Positions 27,767-37,885 of a stretch of DNA of 64,000 nucleotides are shown here, in pieces. Under the pieces are notes generated by a model that was given only the letters and a program-made list of their open reading frames with translations, was not told the origin of the DNA and did no database searches. The translations under genes and the position numbers were made by a program. The number at the start of each line of letters is the position of its first letter. Within the stretch, counting starts at the first letter, position 1. Source of the stretch: a virus; IMG/VR virus record IMGVR_UViG_3300036770_002165, positions 31,598 to 95,597 of that record; one strand, 5' to 3'.

Positions 27767-28267
27767 TTATGCTCCAAATCTACTTGTACGTTGTTCTTTA
27801 CCATGAAGCCCAATACGACGGCTTAGTTCCCTAGATAGAAGTTGCGCACCGCGCTCGCAGCCCTCAAACAGAGCTTCCACAAGTTTCCGATAAGCCCGAG
27901 CATTCTGGTACTTCTCCTGCTGAAGAACTACCCGCTCGTCTACATCACGGCGGGCCTTGGCAATAGTAACACGGTCACCCTTGGCGTCCGATCCCCACTG
28001 CTCGATAAGGACCCGGGCCTCCAGGATGCGGGCCAGGTTGGATTCCTTGTCCTCATCGATCTCAGACTTTACCAGCTCAGCCTTGGCGTAAGACACCCAG
28101 GCCATGAACTGGGAATAGAGTTCCATGAGATCTCTGTCGTCCATGTCGTCAAGGTCGAACGGGATGGTTGGAGGGTTATCACCGGGGCGGTTGGGCAGTT
28201 CAAACTTACTATTGAACTTTGTAACAGCAGGGTGTTCGGCTTGATCTCTACTGATGATCCGTGTCAT
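27767..28267 (-). CDS. UvsY-like helical recombination mediator (tentative)
   Basis: All-helical, LSRELSRR end, in recombination cluster. Confidence 0.5.
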   Translation of the reverse strand: MTRIISRDQAEHPAVTKFNSKFELPNRPGDNPPTIPFDLDDMDDRDLMELYSQFMAWVSYAKAELVKSEIDEDKESNLARILEARVLIEQWGSDAKGDRVTIAKARRDVDERVVLQQEKYQNARAYRKLVEALFEGCERGAQLLSRELSRRIGLHGKEQRTSRFGA

Positions 28268-29136
28268 TGCCAGCAGACTTTCTGGTAGGGGCAGTACTTG
28301 CATCCTGTGCAGTCTTTTGACTCTGCCCAGTCGGGTCGTTCGGGAGCAACATTCTCAGATAGGCATTCAATAACCAGTTTGCATTTGTCAAGAATTGGTT
28401 TAACAATCTCTTCGTTGTACCTGACCACAAACTCTTTGACTTCTTGTGTTGGCTTCCATTCATAGATGAACACAATCTCTTCGATGCCAGTGCAGTAGAG
28501 GTACAGATTACCCTGCCGGACATGAGAAGCAAACGGCTGTTTGATGTTTTGCCATAGGCCATCGATGTTCATGGCTCCGCTTGAGTAGTCCGCAAACAAT
28601 TTGGGCTTCTCAAAGCGGACAGTGCCAACGCCTACGCTCTTGACTTCGACAAGGGCTGTACCTTGTTTATCAACCACTTTTCCATCCGCGTGCCCGAGTA
28701 TCCGGTGTTCAGCGTTATGCACAGGAACCTCGCGGTACCTAATACGAACACCACCGCAGCTAGGGCAGGTATCAGGAGCAGTTGCAGTCCAGGTATGATC
28801 ACACGTCTCACAGTCCCAGTCACCTGACAGCACCCCGGCTTTCCATAGTAGGGTTTGCCATTTGTGGTGAATGGCGTGACCCTCTTCGAATACGTTTAGT
28901 CGGCTGAACGTCAGCCGCTCCTCTTTCTTAACCTCACCGGTAATGGTGTAGTACGACGACCGGGGGCACCAGTGCTTCTTGGAAAGCTCGCTGGGGTGCA
29001 GATGGTCGGTATCTCGAAAGGTGTTGCGCATCTGCTGAGACTTGATCAACTGCATTTCTGCCAGCGGAACAAGGCGGCCACGGGACTTCAATGATTTCTG
29101 GTACTCCTTCAAGTACCACGGTGTCTCGTCAGCCAC
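28264..29136 (-). CDS. Cas4/RecB-like exonuclease
   Basis: HPSE..CPR, GHADG, EVKS, QGNLY, C..CKYCPY..VC. Confidence 0.85.
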   Translation of the reverse strand: MADETPWYLKEYQKSLKSRGRLVPLAEMQLIKSQQMRNTFRDTDHLHPSELSKKHWCPRSSYYTITGEVKKEERLTFSRLNVFEEGHAIHHKWQTLLWKAGVLSGDWDCETCDHTWTATAPDTCPSCGGVRIRYREVPVHNAEHRILGHADGKVVDKQGTALVEVKSVGVGTVRFEKPKLFADYSSGAMNIDGLWQNIKQPFASHVRQGNLYLYCTGIEEIVFIYEWKPTQEVKEFVVRYNEEIVKPILDKCKLVIECLSENVAPERPDWAESKDCTGCKYCPYQKVCWQ

Positions 29137-29372
29137 TATTCAGATGCTCCTGGGTTATGCCATGCGGTGTGTAGATCTGTGTGGGGTTCAAGTACTGCTG
29201 AGTGGCACAGTTCGCAAATAAAAATATTAACCTTATTTGAATGCTCTATAACATTGTGGTATTCGACACCATCTTCAACACCAAATATGGGTTCTGACTT
29301 ATAAGTAATCTGCACTATTCCTGGTGTTGAATACCCTGGGATTGAATTAGTATGAATAGTCTCTTCAGTCAT
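29136..29372 (-). CDS. small zinc-finger protein
   Basis: CELC...H..WH. Confidence 0.5.
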   Translation of the reverse strand: MTEETIHTNSIPGYSTPGIVQITYKSEPIFGVEDGVEYHNVIEHSNKVNIFICELCHSAVLEPHTDLHTAWHNPGASE

Positions 29373-29721
29373 CGAGTCCACCCAGGTCTTCGGCCATGGC
29401 AATAAAATCGTCTTCATTGAGTACGACGAAGTGCTTGCCACCAATATCGAACTGCAGAACGGGTGTTCTGTCGTCCAGGATCGCGCGCTGTGTTAGCTCG
29501 TTCATCTCCTGAAGCTTAACGCTGTAGCTCTTAACGTTATTGGTCAACTTGTTCTCAATAAGGAACTTGTGGCTACGGACATCGTTCTTGCGAAGCCACC
29601 CTGAGCCTGACCCGGCGTTGCGGCTACCGCGGTAGATTTTTGCTGACCGATCTTCCTGCTTGCGTGAAGCTTTCATAATGCTGCGTCGTGCAGCTTTGGC
29701 GTCGTCCTTACCAAAAATCAC
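29365..29721 (-). CDS. second resolvase-like PD-(D/E)xK nuclease
   Basis: QE...GSGSGW.RKNDV...LIENK. Confidence 0.7.
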   Translation of the reverse strand: MIFGKDDAKAARRSIMKASRKQEDRSAKIYRGSRNAGSGSGWLRKNDVRSHKFLIENKLTNNVKSYSVKLQEMNELTQRAILDDRTPVLQFDIGGKHFVVLNEDDFIAMAEDLGGLDD

Positions 29722-30734
29722 AGGAAGTACTCCTTTGCTTTCTGCTTTAGCTCTTCTTGCATTGTTAGGTCCCCGCGAACATGGGTTACTAGAGCGTCTT
29801 TGCCCTGCCACTTCTGATCGCCGTAGTTGTAGTAGGCACCCGCCCGCGTGATTACCTCAATAGCAATACAAATGTTAACGATGTCTTTTACTGTGTCGAA
29901 CTCCCCAAGATGGAAAGTGTCGTGGTCAGCAAAGTAAAAGTCAACCTGAGCAACCTGTTGCGGTCGATAGGTCTTGTTCTTCATAGTACGGGCACGGATC
30001 GTCTGGCCGATGGGCTCGTCTTTATGCTTGATCCACTCATCACGCTTGACTTCCACGCGAGTGAAGTAATGGAAGTTCTTGGCCTTGCCACCGGGTGTAG
30101 TGCGCGGATCGCCGTACAAGACTCCGATCTTCTCGCGCCACTGGTTGATAATCAACCCAGTACAGCCACGGTCTTCCCGAATGAGGGAGCGCTTCTGTGC
30201 CTTTGACGACTTGCGGAAAAACTTACCTGTAAGGCGAGCGCCAAGGCCGACGGAAAACTCTTCCATCATCTTCTCTGCTTCATCACCAGGCACCAAAGCT
30301 GGTAGGGAGTCGAGGATAATGCAGTCAACAGCACGGTTTTCCATGGCACGGAGAATCAGATCGTAGGCGTGCTCCATGACGTTGGTCTCTACCACCCATA
30401 GGCGCTCAAGATCTACGCCAATCGCAGCAGCATACTCTGGTACAAATTCCTCGGCAGCAACCCACATTGCAATCCAGTCCGGATCAGCTGCCTGGTTGGC
30501 GGCGATGGTCTTGAACGCAAGAGCTGTTTTGCCTGATGACTCGTCCCCGATTATCTCTGACCACTGATTTACAGGCCAGCCACCACCAAGCATGAGGTCA
30601 AATGCTAGGACCCCAGTTGTAATGCGAGGAAGCTCTTCTTTGACCTGGCTACCTTGGACGATGATGTCTTCGCCGTACTTTTTGTTGACGGAAGCGACGA
30701 TCGACTGGATCGTCTCCCACTGCTCAGATTTCAA
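29718..30734 (-). CDS. recA: RecA/UvsX recombinase
   Basis: GDESSGKT, IILDS, INQWREKIGV.YGDPRTTPGG. Confidence 0.95.
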   Translation of the reverse strand: MKSEQWETIQSIVASVNKKYGEDIIVQGSQVKEELPRITTGVLAFDLMLGGGWPVNQWSEIIGDESSGKTALAFKTIAANQAADPDWIAMWVAAEEFVPEYAAAIGVDLERLWVVETNVMEHAYDLILRAMENRAVDCIILDSLPALVPGDEAEKMMEEFSVGLGARLTGKFFRKSSKAQKRSLIREDRGCTGLIINQWREKIGVLYGDPRTTPGGKAKNFHYFTRVEVKRDEWIKHKDEPIGQTIRARTMKNKTYRPQQVAQVDFYFADHDTFHLGEFDTVKDIVNICIAIEVITRAGAYYNYGDQKWQGKDALVTHVRGDLTMQEELKQKAKEYFL

Positions 30735-30747
30735 GTTGTTCTCCTAG

Positions 30748-31143
30748 TTATACAACCCAGCTGGATTGTTCGCCTTGTTCGTAGATTCCGTTCCAGCCGC
30801 ACTCAAAGCAACGTGGGGCTGGGGTGGCACCATTCACCATAGTGCCTTTGGCCCGAGAAAACACGTTACGACTACCGCAGGATGGGCAAGTTGCACCACC
30901 CTCACGACGGGCCGCTTCGCCGCCCTTCCATAGACGGATAGCTTCACCCATCGAAACGTTATCTGTGGGGGCACGGTTCTCGTCTAGAACCCGCTGATTA
31001 CCTGGTTGGGCCTGTTGCGCGGGGGCTTGAACAGGAACATGCACCCCAAACCTCGTTGGGGGTGTTACCGGGGGTGCGGTTTCCTGGCGCTGGGTTGGTC
31101 GCGGTGAGGTATCTGCCAACCGGCGTGACCACCAATCACTCAT
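30748..31143 (-). CDS. zinc-ribbon protein
   Basis: CPSCGS...RCFECG. Confidence 0.7.
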   Translation of the reverse strand: MSDWWSRRLADTSPRPTQRQETAPPVTPPTRFGVHVPVQAPAQQAQPGNQRVLDENRAPTDNVSMGEAIRLWKGGEAARREGGATCPSCGSRNVFSRAKGTMVNGATPAPRCFECGWNGIYEQGEQSSWVV

Positions 31144-31591
31144 CGTCCTCTTCCTCGTCTTCTAGATCGTACAGCTCGTCGTCTTCATCGGTGATGATAA
31201 ACGTGAGGAGGTTAAATATAGCGGAACCTTTGCTGCTGTCAATCTCCCTTGGTGCAACTTCTGGCAGTAACAACATGTCGTTATCTACCAGGTGCGAAAC
31301 AAGAGCCATACCGAATGACATGATTACATTCTTAGTGTTCTCAAGATCGTCCTCGTCTAGATCGTTATGTATCTTGACAACTTCCATCATCCATTCCGAG
31401 CATTCCTGGATTGTCTGGAAGATACCGAGGTTAGTCAGGATTAGCCAGCGGCTAATAGTGTCCATTATTTCGCTCTCCTGTACCTCTTGAGAGGGTACGG
31501 AGAAACCAGCAGACGAAGCAATCTTTTGCCCTTCTAGGATAGATAGGGCCAGATAGAAATTTCGTTTGTCTACTGGGGATGTGCTCATCAT
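31136..31591 (-). CDS. hypothetical acidic protein
   Basis: Fits gene tiling. Confidence 0.65.
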   Translation of the reverse strand: MMSTSPVDKRNFYLALSILEGQKIASSAGFSVPSQEVQESEIMDTISRWLILTNLGIFQTIQECSEWMMEVVKIHNDLDEDDLENTKNVIMSFGMALVSHLVDNDMLLLPEVAPREIDSSKGSAIFNLLTFIITDEDDELYDLEDEEEDDE

Positions 31592-33681
31592 TTACCTTTA
31601 GCCTCCGCCCAGCTAGCTGCTGAGTGACAGGACACCTTAAGTGGGATGCCCTCATATGTTACTCCATCACCCATAGCCGTAACCAGCAGGTTCATCAAGT
31701 CGTCTGCCTGGCCCTGCTCTACAAGGACGACGAGTTCGTCGTGTACCTGTACCAGCAGCTTTGCCCCGTGAGGTGATAGTGCGTCGTAAACATCGATCAT
31801 TGCTTTCTTGCAAATGTCAGCAGCAGACCCCTGGACTACGGCGTTTACGGCTTGCCTTTCCGCGCGCGCTCGAAGCTGCTGATCAGTAGATACAAGATCG
31901 TTGAGGTGGCGACGACGGCCAGAGAGGGTACTAACATAGCCCTTAGACTTTCCATAGGATATAACCTCTTGCTTCCATTTAGTTATTCCAGAAAACTGTC
32001 TATAGTACTGGTCAATAACAAACTTAGCATGCTCTTCGTCAATGCCCGTTGTTCGGGCAAGCTTCTGAGCCCCACCACCGTAGGCGGTTAGGAAGTTAAC
32101 GCCTTTGCCTAGCTGCCGCTCTTCTGGGGTGATCTGCTCTACTGGCTTATTGAGGCACAGCGCAGCAGCGCCGGAGTGGATGTCCGCCCCCGTTAGGAAG
32201 AACTCGCTCATCTTTACGTCGTGGGAGAACATGCACATGACCCTAAGTTCGATCTGGTCGTAGTCGGCAACGAGCAGTTCGTAACCTTCCGGGGCCACGA
32301 ACAGGCCTCGTACGTGGCTGTCGCGAGGGATATTCTGCAAGTTCGGGTTGCTTGATGAAAGACGCCCGGTGGCCGTACGGTGCAGGTGGAACGATGGGTG
32401 CAGACGACCGTGGTTTAACTTTGGCAGCAAACCGTCAACATATGTTGACACCAGCTTTTTGGTTTCAGCCCACTCCAACATGAGTGGCACTACTGGGTGC
32501 TTAGTCTCTAGTTTACGAAGTGACTCCTCATCAACAGATGGCTTACCGCTGGGAGTGGTTTTTGATGGCTTGAGACCAAGTCCGCCTTCCCTTTTCTTGT
32601 TGAAAAGTAATTGCTGCTTATGCCTCACGCTGTCGGGGTTGAACCCGGGCGGCGCGTAGTTCATCATTTCAAGGTTGATCTCGTTAAGGCGCTGCTCTAA
32701 CTCTTTGCCAAGTTTGGTCATTGACCTCTGGTTAACCGGGATGCCCGTGTCTTCCATGTCCATGAGCACGCGTAGTACAGACATGTCCTGGCGGAGAGAA
32801 GCAAGGATCTCTGGAGTCTTAATAACCTTTGCGTACAGCTTTTTGTACAAAAGCCATGTCCACCTAACGTCCAGGTGGACATAACGGAGAGCCTCTGTAA
32901 ACGAGGTTTCCGTGATCATCGCTCCTAGTTTCCCGTCACGATGGTAGGCATTAAACCCATCGAAGTTGTGAGCGATCAGATGCTCAAGACTGTACTCAGT
33001 CAAGTTCTCATTCAGCACGTGCTGCAGCAGCATCGTATCAAGGAAGGGGCCAGGGGGAAGGTCACCACCGAAGTATTTACGTACTGACCTGGTGTCAAAC
33101 TTTACGTTATGCCCTACTTTGACAATGGTGTCATCAAAGAATATGGGGCGCAGGGCATCAAATACCTCTGACGGTGACAGTTGCTTGGGGGGCTGGCTGT
33201 ACACGGCTGGTTTGTAATACTTAGCCTTAGCCTTAGATTCCTTGCCGTTCTTAAGTATGGCGCGGTAGCCGGGGGGCGGAACCGTTGAGCCGTCACCGCG
33301 TTCAGCTGGTTCTAGCATTGCCCCGTTGGGGTGCCCCATAGGGATGGCCCAAGACTGGTTATCCGTAGCTATACCAATCCAGAACACGCTGTTGCGCAGC
33401 GGATCCAGAGCAAGGTTGTTGCGCCACCGATTGACGATGATCTCCCGTGCCCGAGCAAGGACATCGGGGTGGGTCGTCTTGAGGGTGGCTAGGTGATCTT
33501 GCCACTCACGCTCAATCCACTGCTCTACGTCTGGGTGGCGCTCTATGGAACCGAGTGTCTCTACGTCAAAAGCAAACGCCCCGACGCGTTGAACTTCGGC
33601 AACTATCTGGCGCAGCTCTTCTACGGTGGAGACGAAGCAGGGGGCCGTGTAGCCCCCTGCTCCTACCATCTCTGTTGTCAC
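31588..33681 (-). CDS. polA: DNA polymerase family A (3'-5' exo + polymerase)
   Basis: FDVET, HNVKFD, TGRLSSSNPNLQNIP, DYDQIELR, K.VNF..AYG, QVHDE. Confidence 0.97.
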   Translation of the reverse strand: MTTEMVGAGGYTAPCFVSTVEELRQIVAEVQRVGAFAFDVETLGSIERHPDVEQWIEREWQDHLATLKTTHPDVLARAREIIVNRWRNNLALDPLRNSVFWIGIATDNQSWAIPMGHPNGAMLEPAERGDGSTVPPPGYRAILKNGKESKAKAKYYKPAVYSQPPKQLSPSEVFDALRPIFFDDTIVKVGHNVKFDTRSVRKYFGGDLPPGPFLDTMLLQHVLNENLTEYSLEHLIAHNFDGFNAYHRDGKLGAMITETSFTEALRYVHLDVRWTWLLYKKLYAKVIKTPEILASLRQDMSVLRVLMDMEDTGIPVNQRSMTKLGKELEQRLNEINLEMMNYAPPGFNPDSVRHKQQLLFNKKREGGLGLKPSKTTPSGKPSVDEESLRKLETKHPVVPLMLEWAETKKLVSTYVDGLLPKLNHGRLHPSFHLHRTATGRLSSSNPNLQNIPRDSHVRGLFVAPEGYELLVADYDQIELRVMCMFSHDVKMSEFFLTGADIHSGAAALCLNKPVEQITPEERQLGKGVNFLTAYGGGAQKLARTTGIDEEHAKFVIDQYYRQFSGITKWKQEVISYGKSKGYVSTLSGRRRHLNDLVSTDQQLRARAERQAVNAVVQGSAADICKKAMIDVYDALSPHGAKLLVQVHDELVVLVEQGQADDLMNLLVTAMGDGVTYEGIPLKVSCHSAASWAEAKGK

Positions 33682-33686
33682 AGAGA

Positions 33687-34391
33687 TCAGCCGTCCAGGT
33701 CCTCAAGTGCGATCTGCTGGAGATCCTTGCGGGTTGGGATTTGGATGATCTCTGGTCCGTAGGCGTTCTTCTTGAGACGGGCAATGTCGTCGGGGCTGAG
33801 CACCGGCAAGTCCCATTCTTCAAGATCTCGTTCCTTAACGAGTTGGTGGTTAGTTGCCGAAGTGGCACCCTTGCCGCTGCGGGACACCGCCCAGTAGTGC
33901 TTCGACAATGGTCCCTGACGGGGGTCGTTGTGGAAGTTCTTCAGCTGGTCGATAACACGGGGGCCAACCTCGTACGACTTGACACTAGGGTCACTGTCGC
34001 TGCTGAGAAGAACCACGTTAAACGAGAAGCGGGTGGCCGGTCGGCTACCAGCATCGCAAAGTGGGCAACCCTTTGGGTCGATGTCAGCAATACAAGTGAA
34101 TGACTTCTGGCCGGAACGCTCGATCCAGTGCTGGCGATAGGAAGCGTAAGGCTCGTCCTCAAGGAACTTGATGACGATTGGGTCTTCCATAACGCGCAGA
34201 CGCTGTGCGTACGGCGAGTCAGCATTCTTGACGGATTCTGCTGCTCCCCAGCCGCGGCGGATTACTCGCGCTGCAGACGCTGGACGCTCTTCAGTCTCTT
34301 CGTCGTCTTCGGTGACTGCGACGGGAGCCTTGGGGGCACGGACCGGAGCCTCGTCCTCCATGATCTCGTCTTCGTCGTCGTATCTACTCAT
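33687..34391 (-). CDS. gp32-like ssDNA-binding protein
   Basis: IKFL...QHW...C...CPLC; acidic ends; next to polA. Confidence 0.65.
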   Translation of the reverse strand: MSRYDDEDEIMEDEAPVRAPKAPVAVTEDDEETEERPASAARVIRRGWGAAESVKNADSPYAQRLRVMEDPIVIKFLEDEPYASYRQHWIERSGQKSFTCIADIDPKGCPLCDAGSRPATRFSFNVVLLSSDSDPSVKSYEVGPRVIDQLKNFHNDPRQGPLSKHYWAVSRSGKGATSATNHQLVKERDLEEWDLPVLSPDDIARLKKNAYGPEIIQIPTRKDLQQIALEDLDG

Positions 34392-34402
34392 GATGTTTGT
34401 CC

Positions 34403-34852
34403 TTAATCGTTGGGCCATTGAGTTTGAAGGTGCTGTCTGAAGCCGTCCCAGTTGGCCTGGGCTGGGTCGTCTATCTCGTACCGCGACAGCGCGGTAAGTA
34501 GAAACTCTACCTGCTCAAGAGTGTAGAGCCTACGTCCTTTCAAAGGTTTTCCAGGAATCTGTTCTTTCTTGGGTGGCTGAGTGCGGTACTTGGCTTTTGG
34601 TAGCCACCCCTTTAGTTCCCACATTCGGATAGTCCCTGGCTTCCTACCCAGGGCTTTTGCTACTTCTCCTACTGTAAAGAACTGCCGTGGGGTTCCGTTG
34701 ACAACCAGTATCTTGGACTTTGCGCCGTTGAATCGATCCTCAGCGAGTATTCCCTCGTTGTTTTTGACGGGGCGATTCTTGGGTGGGGTCTTTCCTGGGA
34801 AGTCAGGCAGGTTGCCGAACAGCTCCAGAGGATCACGAGGCATCTGAGTCAC
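34403..34852 (-). CDS. MerR-like HTH protein
   Basis: FTVGEVAKALGR..TIRMWE..G.LP...RRLYT. Confidence 0.8.
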   Translation of the reverse strand: MTQMPRDPLELFGNLPDFPGKTPPKNRPVKNNEGILAEDRFNGAKSKILVVNGTPRQFFTVGEVAKALGRKPGTIRMWELKGWLPKAKYRTQPPKKEQIPGKPLKGRRLYTLEQVEFLLTALSRYEIDDPAQANWDGFRQHLQTQWPND

Positions 34853-34994
34853 CGCGTTTCATGTCAATAAAATCTTGAGCGTCAGTCAGCATGACGAAGG
34901 AAGCACCCACGTACTGGTACAGATCCCTGTTGTTATCCACTTTTTTGTATATCTTATAGAGTTCTTTATGACGAATGATAACGTAATCACTCAT
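34833..34994 (-). CDS. small hypothetical protein (53 aa, not in ORF track)
   Basis: MSDYVIIRHKELYKIY...; fills gap. Confidence 0.45.
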   Translation of the reverse strand: MSDYVIIRHKELYKIYKKVDNNRDLYQYVGASFVMLTDAQDFIDMKRGDSDAS

Positions 34995-35415
34995 CATCGT
35001 CGTCGTAGCTCTTCTTTTCTACGAGCTTAAATGCCCAGGTCTCTCGCTCGCTGTATAGCTTTGCGAGCTCTTCTTCCTTGTCGGGGTTTTCCCAGAAGTG
35101 CTTGAGTAACAAGTCTTCTGACAGAACCTCGATCGTCTCCTTGACAGAATCCCACAGACCGTTTTCACGGGCCCACTCTTCAGCGTTAACGCGGTCAAGA
35201 TTTCGTGATACACGACGCTCGTGTTTGACCTGGCTGCCTCCAGCCGCGAGCCACAGGTGCCCCTTGTCATCAGGGACCCCATGGGTTTTGACGAGCCGAA
35301 CTAGTTCCTTCTTTAGTTCGTCTGTGCGCGCGGCAATCTTGTCGGAAAACTCCTTGGATTTGCGGTACTCGGTTACGAGCGACTCAACAACTGAAGCATC
35401 GACTTTTGATTCCAT
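34987..35415 (-). CDS. coiled-coil phage protein
   Basis: Fits gene tiling. Confidence 0.7.
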   Translation of the reverse strand: MESKVDASVVESLVTEYRKSKEFSDKIAARTDELKKELVRLVKTHGVPDDKGHLWLAAGGSQVKHERRVSRNLDRVNAEEWARENGLWDSVKETIEVLSEDLLLKHFWENPDKEEELAKLYSERETWAFKLVEKKSYDDDDE

Positions 35416-36962
35416 TAGACCTGTGACTCCCTTAGAAATTTTGAAAGACTGCTTAACATAATGTCATACCCACCTTTTACGTCATGGTGTTTACCATCTA
35501 CAAAGGCTTCGTTGATCGATCGTTTTTCCTGGAGCATCTCGTACTGCCGTTCCTCGATCGACCCCTGCATGACGAACGTTGCAATAGTAACGTGCGAGAA
35601 CGTTGATGACAAGCGGATGATCCTGGCCTCACGCTGTTCAAGCTTACCACTGCTCCATGGCAGATCATACGAGATGAGGTAGTTGGCCATAGGCAAGTCG
35701 ACTCCGTAACCACCAGCATCTGATGACAAGAACAGCCTGGTGTTGGGGTCAGAGGAGAACTTCTGCTTTGCAACGTCTTTCTCCTCTGAGTTCATGTCCC
35801 CAGTAAACAACACGCTGTTAGTCAGCTTTGCTGTAGCGCGCTTGATAAGCCTGAGGTTGTCCTTGAAGAAAGAGAACAGCACAATCTTGTTGGCGGGGTC
35901 CTCATCAAGCACCTGCTCGATGTAGTCCATGACTGCATCTAGCTTCGGCGTGCCGATGCTGGCTGGCATAAAGCCGCGGCTGACGATCAGGTCAGCGTAG
36001 GCGCTGCCTTGCTTGGGTCGGTCTGGATCGGCAAATGCTTGGGCAGAGTTAACAATTAGCTGTGGGTTGTCACAGAGCATCCGTAGAACGAGCAGTCTAG
36101 ACATGATCTGGCCCTGGGCTTCGTTTGACTCCGGATCGTTGTAGTGTCGCCAGATGTTGAATGACCCGCCGTGCTTGCTGATTACCTGCTGTAACTGGTT
36201 AAGAAGATCAGATGAAATGGTCCGGTACAGCTGCGCACCAGCTGAGTCAAACGGGACCGGGATCGTCTGGTGGATGATCTGGGGCAGCTGGTCGGCAATG
36301 TCTTCGCGGGTCTTTCTTACCATGCATTCGGTCATGGACTCGTGTAGCGACTTTAAGTTTCTGTAGCGCGTTGGCTTGCCAAAATGGTCGCGGACAATAA
36401 AGGTGCGGTCAAAGGTGTCAAACCTACCGAGCACTTCTGGATCAACGAATTCCATAATTGAGAAGAGCTCTTCAGGGCGGTTCTCAATTGGCTGACCAGT
36501 TAGGGCGTAGCGGTAGTAGACCCGACGGCCAATCTTCTTGATGATCTTTGAACGTTTGCTGACCCGGGACTTGATGATGGTTGCCTCGTCAACAACTACC
36601 GCCTGGTAATCGACTTTGAGACAGTGAGACAGATCACGGATGAGTGTCTCAGGATTTACAATGATGTACTTAGCCGACAGCGTGGAGCGCCATGCCTTAA
36701 CGCGCTCTTTGGGGTTACCGTCGATAACGACTACTCTAGAATTTGTAAACCGCTCGATCTCTCGCATCCACTGGTACTTCAGGGAAGCCGGAACAACAAC
36801 TAGGCACTTGTCCACCTCGTTTGATTCCATGAGCTGCTCTATAGCCGCGATGGTGGTAACGGTCTTTCCCGCGCCCATTACAAGGCCGAGTAGCATCTGC
36901 CCTCGGTCAACCATACGGGCGACAGACTCTTCCTGGTATGGGTAAAGCTTTCCGTTAAACAT
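35415..36962 (-). CDS. SNF2-family helicase 2
   Basis: MGAGKT, DEAT, LTGQPIEN, QREARIIR. Confidence 0.92.
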   Translation of the reverse strand: MFNGKLYPYQEESVARMVDRGQMLLGLVMGAGKTVTTIAAIEQLMESNEVDKCLVVVPASLKYQWMREIERFTNSRVVVIDGNPKERVKAWRSTLSAKYIIVNPETLIRDLSHCLKVDYQAVVVDEATIIKSRVSKRSKIIKKIGRRVYYRYALTGQPIENRPEELFSIMEFVDPEVLGRFDTFDRTFIVRDHFGKPTRYRNLKSLHESMTECMVRKTREDIADQLPQIIHQTIPVPFDSAGAQLYRTISSDLLNQLQQVISKHGGSFNIWRHYNDPESNEAQGQIMSRLLVLRMLCDNPQLIVNSAQAFADPDRPKQGSAYADLIVSRGFMPASIGTPKLDAVMDYIEQVLDEDPANKIVLFSFFKDNLRLIKRATAKLTNSVLFTGDMNSEEKDVAKQKFSSDPNTRLFLSSDAGGYGVDLPMANYLISYDLPWSSGKLEQREARIIRLSSTFSHVTIATFVMQGSIEERQYEMLQEKRSINEAFVDGKHHDVKGGYDIMLSSLSKFLRESQV

Positions 36963-37885
36963 CAGGCTACCCAGGGGGGGACAACGGTTGCTGTAGCAAG
37001 ACCGCGCTCGATTTCCTCGTCGGTCATATCCCCGATGTCTTTGGCATCCGTGCCACCGTAATTCCACCAACGAATGCCGCGGCGTGGGGTGTCCATAAAC
37101 TTGTACAAGTTCTTGCTCGACTTTAACCCTGCCTCGTCGTTGTCCATAGCGATGACAACTCGGCTAGCTATATGAGTCAGTAGGCGGCACTGTTCATACG
37201 AAACGGTAGCACCGAACGAAGCGACAGCATTTGGCTTGGTGAACACACCGGCAAACCTGACTACGTCAAGAGGCGATTCGACAAGAACAACTGTGGCACT
37301 GCGGACACGCTCAACGCCGAACAGCGTGTGGCTCTTCTTAACCCCAATCGGGTAGTTGCGCACCCAGTCTGGCTTCTTTTCCTGCCACCCCTGTAGTTGG
37401 CCTAGGGGTGAGATGATCGGCAGCGCCCAGCTTTTATTAGTGGGATTCCACCGTACTCCGTACCGGTACGCAACATCGGGATCAAGATTTCGCGACGCGC
37501 ATCTACGGTCTGACACACGTTCAAATGAGAAGAACGCATCGCGATCAACTACTACTGGAACGTCTGGGGTTGTGGAGTCCCCAGCAGCCAAGCGCTGCAT
37601 CCCAGCGTTTACTAGGAACTGCTGAGCGGAGATCGAGTCGTCCCCAGAAAGCTCACGCAATAGTGACGATAGAGAGCCGCGTGCACCGCATGAAAAGCAG
37701 ATCCACAGTCCGGTTGAGGAGTTGATACTCCACGATGGTGAGCGATCCTCGCGTCCTACTGTGCGCACATGGACTGGGCACCTGCCCATGATCTCACGAT
37801 CGCCAACCTTGGTGATCTCCACGCCCGCTGTTTGCAGAACGTAAGCAATGTCAGTCGAAAGATGGGTCGACGCTGACGCTGCCAT
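36962..37885 (-). CDS. dnaG: DNA primase (CHC2 zinc finger + TOPRIM)
   Basis: CPVH...CFSCG; VES.LD; DNDEAG; KDIGD. Confidence 0.88.
   Translation of the reverse strand: MAASASTHLSTDIAYVLQTAGVEITKVGDREIMGRCPVHVRTVGREDRSPSWSINSSTGLWICFSCGARGSLSSLLRELSGDDSISAQQFLVNAGMQRLAAGDSTTPDVPVVVDRDAFFSFERVSDRRCASRNLDPDVAYRYGVRWNPTNKSWALPIISPLGQLQGWQEKKPDWVRNYPIGVKKSHTLFGVERVRSATVVLVESPLDVVRFAGVFTKPNAVASFGATVSYEQCRLLTHIASRVVIAMDNDEAGLKSSKNLYKFMDTPRRGIRWWNYGGTDAKDIGDMTDEEIERGLATATVVPPWVA

Noticed and set aside
28264-29136. Cas4-like gene as part of a CRISPR system
   Set aside because: No repeat-spacer array or other cas genes; it sits in the recombination cluster like other solo phage Cas4-like exonucleases.
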